From assembly GCA_004431415.1 (NCBI GenBank), contig QPMI01000593.1, forward strand, positions 1 through 64,000: 64,000 bases of DNA. The letters run 5' to 3'. Below are positions 59,569 through 64,000 of the stretch, in pieces. Each line of letters opens with the position of its first letter. Within the stretch, counting starts at the first letter, position 1. The notes below the pieces were generated by a model, which was not told the origin of the DNA, searched no databases, and worked only from the letters and a program-made list of their open reading frames with translations. The DNA is from Cyanophora paradoxa CCMP329 (lineage: Eukaryota > Plantae > Glaucophyta). The position numbers and the translations under genes are program-made.

Positions 59569-62394
59569 CTGCTGGGCGGAGAGGAGCTGGGCGGCGCGGG
59601 CGCCGGCGCGCTGCTTGTAGATGGCGAGGTCGGCCAAGAGGGAGTCCACCAGGCGCGACTCGTGCACGAGCTGCTCGACCACCTGGCCCTGCGTCACGTC
59701 CGGCGGCGCCGGCATGGCGCCCCGCTTCGATCGCTTCGTCGGGTACGTGCCTGCGCGCCCCGCGCCCTCAGCGATGGACGCGGCGGGCGGCGCGGGGCGC
59801 ACTGATGGCGTAGGAGAGCAGGCGGAGCGCCTGAGGCACGGAGTGGCTCTGGCGGACAGCGTCGACCGCCAGGCGGCACATGCGCTCGCGCACGGCGCCC
59901 ATCGTCCCGTAGTTCTGCGCGCGCGCCGCTCGGCGCGGGGCGGCGCGGCGCGCGGAGCGCGGGGCGCGCGGACCGGGTCGGCGTCCCAGGTGAACGTGGA
60001 CATGAAGACGCGGAACACGTGCTCCACGACCTAGAGGGCCGTCGGCGCCGGGCGGGGCGGGGCGGAGCGGAGCGGGCGCGCACCGCGTCGGAGCAGGCCG
60101 AGTCGTCCCGGACGCAGGCCCAGAGGAGCTCAAGCGCGTACGTCGGGGCGGCCTCCTGCGGGGCCGGCGGCCCGCCCTCAGACAAGGGAAGGGTGGAGGC
60201 AGCAGGCGGGCAGGCGGACGGGGCCCGGGCGCACGTCGTCCTCGACACGCCAGGCGACCATGGCCGCCTCGGTGACGCAGCCGAGCAAGTTCACCACCGG
60301 GATGTCGTACCGCGCCGCCGGCAGCTGCGCCACGTTCCGGTAGATCTGCCGCCCGCCCGCCGTCAGCGCGGAGCGGAGCGGGCCGAAGGCCGCGCACCGA
60401 CTCGCAGAGGGGCGCCCCGCACTCCCGGACGACCTCGGCCAGCACCGTCAGCGTCGCCGTCCACACGGACTCGTGCTTGCCCTGCCCGCCCCGCCGCCTC
60501 AGAAAGAAAGGAAGAATGGAGGAAAGGGCGGGCCGGGCCGGTCCGAGCGCACCGCGAGGCTGTTCCAGATAAGGTCCACCTCGCGGTCCCTAAAGGTGCC
60601 CTTCCGCACGAAGAACGTGAGCAGATCGCCGCAGCGCCGGATCAGCTCGATGTGCAGGCCCTGCGCGCGCGGGTGAGCGCGCGAAGGAGGGTCGGGGAGA
60701 GAAGGGGGCCGCGCGTGCCTCTCCGAAGAGCCGCTCGACGATTCGGTTGCGCTGGAACCACTCGCTGAGGTCCCTGCGCGCCAGGGCGGCTCGGCGGGCG
60801 GGCGGGCGGAGGGCGGCGGGCGCGGGGCCGGCGGGGCGGACCGGGAGGAGAGGAGCTGGAAGGCAAAGGGGAGCGAGAGCGGGACGGACGGCTCCTGGTG
60901 CTTCTTGGGCCTGCTTCGGGCCAGCTCCTCGGCACGCTCCACGCTTGCTACGATCTCCTTGAAGTCTGAGAGGCCGGCCAGGCGCTTCTCCAGGAAGGGC
61001 GAGTTGAAGCAGCGCAGCGCAAACTCCAGAGTGAACGCCTCCATCGCGTGCTGGTCCTCCGAGATCGTGTGCTCCTGCTCGCGCCGCGCCGGACGCGGCC
61101 GGTCAGCGGCGCGCCCCGCGCGGGCGAGCGGGCGAGGGCGCGGCAGGGGCGCGCACGTCGCCGAGATCGCTGAGATACTTGAATGCCGTGACCAGGTTCG
61201 CCTTGTCCTCGTTCTTCAGCTCCTCGTCCGGAAGGGAGAGGAAGAGGGCCCGTGCCTGCAGCGCGGCGCGGCCTTAGCACCGGCGCGGCGCGCGGCGCGC
61301 GCGTACGCGTTGAATCCATCTCTCTTACCCTCTCTCGGGCGACGCGCACGATCCGGACCTCGGCCTCCGGCGTGTACGCCATGTTGGTCTGGCCCGCCGC
61401 TCCGTCAGCGCTCCCGCGGGGCGCCCGGGGCGCATGGGGTGGATACCCTGAACAGGAACGTGATAAATGCGCGGAGGACGCATGAGGGGACGCGGCGCTG
61501 GTTGTCATTGAGGCGCTGCACGATGGCGTCCAGCCCGCGGCGCTTCGCAAAGTAATGGAGCAGCTTTACAAAGATCACCGGTGGGTCCTCGCCATCATCG
61601 CTCTGCTCACGCACGGAACCTTTCAGACAAAGGAATGGAAGAGAGCAGCGGCGGACTGCGGTCACCAGGTCGTCGACTGCTCGAATCAGCGTGGGCGCGT
61701 CCGCATGCGCGCTCTGGAGATCATTGTCATCGTTCGTAATCTCATCGGCCATGTCTTCATCGTCGTCGTAGTCCTGCGCGGCGCGCGTGGCGTGCCGAGT
61801 CAGTCATGCGAAGCTGCCGTGGCGCTCGGAGCGCGGGCGGGGGCGCGGAGGGGCGCGTACATCGCCATAGATCATTCCTGAGTTGTAGTCGCTCGACGTG
61901 TAGAAGGAGTGCTTCGCGTAGAAGATGCGAACGAGCAGGTCGGCAACATCCGGCCGGTCCGCAGGTATTCGAGGGATTATGAAGCTGATGACTGCCTTTA
62001 GGAGAGATAGCACTTCTGATACCGCGTAATCCAGGTCTCTGCGCAAGGCAATGGCGCGGCGGGAATGTCAGGTGAACGGGACTGCCGGCGCGCCCAGGGC
62101 GCAGCGCGAAGGCATGCGAGACGTCGTACACGCACTTGCGCTTGAGGATCTGGGGCACACCCTTGAGGAGCACGTTCCGCACGAACGCCTCGCTGTCGTC
62201 CTGCTCGCCGCTGGCGACGGCCTGCAGCACGGACTCGAGCTGACGGATGCCATCCTGCGGGTCTGCACAGCGATGTTACCGCGTTGCATGGAGCGTGGTG
62301 CGGCAGCATTCGCTTCCGACAGGAGGGCGCGGGTCGGGCACGACGCACCGATCCGGAGGCTCTCAAGGATCTGCAGGTGCTCTGCCGAGGCCAT
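45207..62394 (-). CDS. Large ubiquitin-specific protease of the USP9X/USP24/USP34 type; dozens of exons
   Basis: ATG at 62394 MASAEHLQILESLRI|DPQ. N-terminal LEKRLAGL..HIELIRR..DLIW..KHES; a ubiquitin-like segment; Cys box GLRNLGATCYMNSLMQQ (~54965-55020); QMDVDEF; LHLKRFE; His box VHTGTADSGHYYSYI (~52165-52210); WFHFND; AYMLFYER; then a long helical C-terminus. A probable 1 bp frameshift or assembly error lies near 45410. Confidence 0.92.
50205..50767. repeat. Intronic 67 bp tandem repeat (8 full units plus a partial); each unit contains the exon end and 5' splice site
   Basis: GCGGAC recurs at 50205, 50272, 50339, 50406, 50473, 50540, 50607, 50674 and 50741. Confidence 0.97.
52986..53158. 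repeat. 47 bp direct duplication of an exon end plus GC donor (52986-53032 vs 53112-53158)
   Basis: atgtaaa[g/a]gacgctacgcgcctggatgtagagctggagggcctc[a/g]tt, 45/47 identical. Confidence 0.9.
53577..54041 (-). ncRNA. Intronic tandem array of four copies of a 76 nt box C/D snoRNA (53577-53652, 53705-53780, 53833-53908, 53966-54041)
   Basis: Sense to the host gene. Layout: box C (A/C)TGATGA, guide CTTATCTACATTG, D' ATGA, GC hairpin, C'-like box, guide TTCTGCAAT, box D CTGA. The guides complement conserved LSU CAATGTAGATAAG and 5.8S ATTGCAGAA (rRNA sequences recalled). The D+5 rule lands on known methylated positions. Confidence 0.85.
54588..54742. repeat. 46 bp inverted repeat between an exon (54588-54633) and its upstream intron (54697-54742)
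   Basis: 43/46 identical as reverse complements. Confidence 0.9.
57675..57769 (-). ncRNA. Candidate intronic box C/D snoRNA guiding a 5.8S rRNA Am
   Basis: Box C ATGACGA; guide TGCGTTCTTC, complementary to 5.8S GAAGAACGCA; D' CTTA; GC hairpin; C' CTGATGC; D variant CGGA; flanking stem GAGTTGG/CCGGCTC. Confidence 0.55.
57821..58024 (-). ncRNA. Second intronic array: two more copies of the 76 nt dual-guide C/D snoRNA (57821-57896, 57949-58024)
   Basis: Same core, spacer and array-end sequences as 53573-54066. Confidence 0.85.
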
Positions 62395-62532
62395 ATTACG
62401 GCCGCGGCGTTGAGGGCTCTCTCCCCTCCCGACCCGCAGCCCGCTGAGGCCCCGCTCCTTGGGGGGGGTAGACCTGTCCCTTCCTTGACGTCGACCGCAG
62501 CGATAGCGCGCGGGAACTCGGCGAACTCCGCC

Positions 62533-63415
62533 ATGGCGATGGAGCTCTCCTACTTTACGATCGTGTTCATTTTCATCGGTGCGACCTCCGATCCGCACGC
62601 CCCAAGCTTAAGGTCCTCCGCGTTCGCGGACTGCCAGCCCACTCCGAGCACGCGTTTCGTGTACTACCGCCGCCTGCCGGAGTGCTAGCTCTTCTAGGCG
62701 GCCTAAGGTTGGTCCTGGTCACCGGGTCACCGCGTCACGGACGGTGCTGCCCGCGCACTAGATCTAGATCTAGAGCGCGAATCTAGCTATGGAACACGCA
62801 CCGGATTATGCTGAAGTCGGCTGTCTTGCAGAACCTTGGCTGCTTGACGTCGGCAACGGCGTCTTTAGCTACGTCGCCCCGTCCGCCTTCTTCGGCGCCA
62901 TGGCGACTGCCGCGAAAGGCAGCGCCGCGCTCTCGACAGACGTCGTTGGATTCATGGGAAGAGCCTACGGCACCGTTATGTACGTAAACGGGCAGCATCT
63001 GCCGCGCTGACGTGCTGACGTATGCATCCCGGCAGCATCGTCGTCGGGCTCGTGCAGTTCACGGTGCTGCAGTCGAACGAGAAGTGGATCGTGCGGAGGT
63101 GCATCGTCTTCCTCGCCATCGGCGACGTCCTGCACGTGGCTGGCCTCCTGTACTACCTGCGCGACAACTACGTCTACTCCACCGAGCTCGTCGTGCGTAT
63201 CCGCCGCCCCAGTCACTGCGCCGGCGCCGGCCGCGGGTCGTGACTTGAGCCCCTGTTCGCACGCCCGCCCGCAGATCCAGCTCGCCCTCTGCGCCTGGCT
63301 CTTCCTCTCGCGTTGCGTGTACATGTGCATCTGGCTGCACGAGTGGGTCACCGAGCAGCGCCTGCGGAGCGCCCTCGAGACCGTCGCCAGCAGCCTCGAG
63401 GGCGGCCGCAAGTAG
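62533..63415 (+). CDS. Small multi-pass (~4 TM) membrane protein of unknown function; 4 exons
   Basis: MAMELSYFTIVFIFI|EPWLLDVGNGVFSYVAPSAFF...GRAYGTVI|IVVGLVQFTVL..IVFLAIGDVLHVAGLLYYL..|IQLALCAWLFLSRCVYMCIW..GGRK*. The first intron's phase was checked. It is divergent from the USP gene, with ATGs 138 bp apart. Confidence 0.75.
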
Positions 63416-63585
63416 GCCCGGCGCCGGCTCTAGAACCCGGCCGCGGCCGCGGTTTTCAAATTTTCCTGTAATTCAAAGTAACGATTATCATACATGCTCT
63501 GCCAGCAGGAATTAGGAGGGTTTCGTAATAGGTTCGAGGAAAGGTCCGTAAAAGGGGGCGGCCGCGGGGCGGGGCGGGGCGGCGC

Positions 63586-63975
63586 CTATCCGGCGGCGAG
63601 GACAAGCTCGAGCTTGGCGGGGGATGAGCGGGCGGCGAGGGCGGAGGTGGCAAGGACGGCGACGAGGGCGGCGGAGAGCGGGGAGCGGCGGGCGGCGGCG
63701 AGGGCGCGGGCGGCGAGGAGCTCGGCGGCGAGCGCGAGGCGCGGCTGCAGGGCCGCCAGGGCGCAGTACGCGACGAGGAGGGCGCAGAGGGCGTCGTCCA
63801 GGTGGGCGAGCCCGGGGAGCAGGGCGGGCGGGAGGAAGTGGGCCCCGTTGCCGCGCGAGAGGTAGACCCCGCAGACGGCGGCCAGGGCGCACGCCGGCCC
63901 GGGCTCCAGCAGCGGCCGCATCGAGTGTAGCGGGCCGCCCACCGCGTCGCAGGCGGCCCATAGATGCTCCAGCAC
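63586..63975 (-). CDS. Last exon of an unknown gene entering from beyond the window
   Basis: Acceptor ttgctcgcag|gtg at 63976, then 129 codons with host-like codon use to TAG at 63586. Confidence 0.65.
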   Translation of the reverse strand: MLEHLWAACDAVGGPLHSMRPLLEPGPACALAAVCGVYLSRGNGAHFLPPALLPGLAHLDDALCALLVAYCALAALQPRLALAAELLAARALAAARRSPLSAALVAVLATSALAARSSPAKLELVLAAG

Positions 63976-64000
63976 CTGCGAGCAACGCCCCCCGGGGCTC

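Noticed and set aside
1-64000. Most long ORFs in the supplied track (Arg/Gly/Pro/Ala-rich)
   Set aside because: They are shadow frames caused by very high GC. The real genes are spliced and switch frames across short introns.

Overview
This window is GC-rich, intron-dense eukaryotic nuclear DNA with short GT/GC-AG introns and CTGAC/CTAAC branch points. The style resembles the glaucophyte Cyanophora, but that is only an impression. Most entries in the ORF track are GC-driven shadow ORFs, so I rebuilt the genes by splicing them by eye. Genes found: a long EF-hand protein (-, partial), a permuted papain-fold peptidase (+), a secreted kelch surface protein (+), a Methyltransf_24-type methyltransferase (-), a mitochondrial rhomboid (-), CWC15 (-), an IQ-repeat protein (+), a Rap1-Myb/RING/ankyrin protein (+), a ~17 kb USP9X/24/34-like deubiquitinase (-), a small membrane protein (+) and a partial gene (-). 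The non-genic highlights are: (1) 16.6-28.8 kb, a head-to-tail series of Helitron-like units that have captured and amplified the 3' half of the neighbouring methyltransferase and a virus-like ORF; (2) six copies of a dual-guide C/D snoRNA (LSU Um and 5.8S Gm) in two tandem arrays inside USP introns, whose spacer resembles the rRNA next to the target, plus a second snoRNA with a compensatory C/D change; (3) a recurrent XYZ -> XYZ-revcomp-XYZ micro-insertion pattern visible between paralogous copies; (4) repeated duplications of splice-site regions; (5) a 5'-inverted LINE remnant. All protein-family and rRNA comparisons are from memory and by eye; no searches were run.
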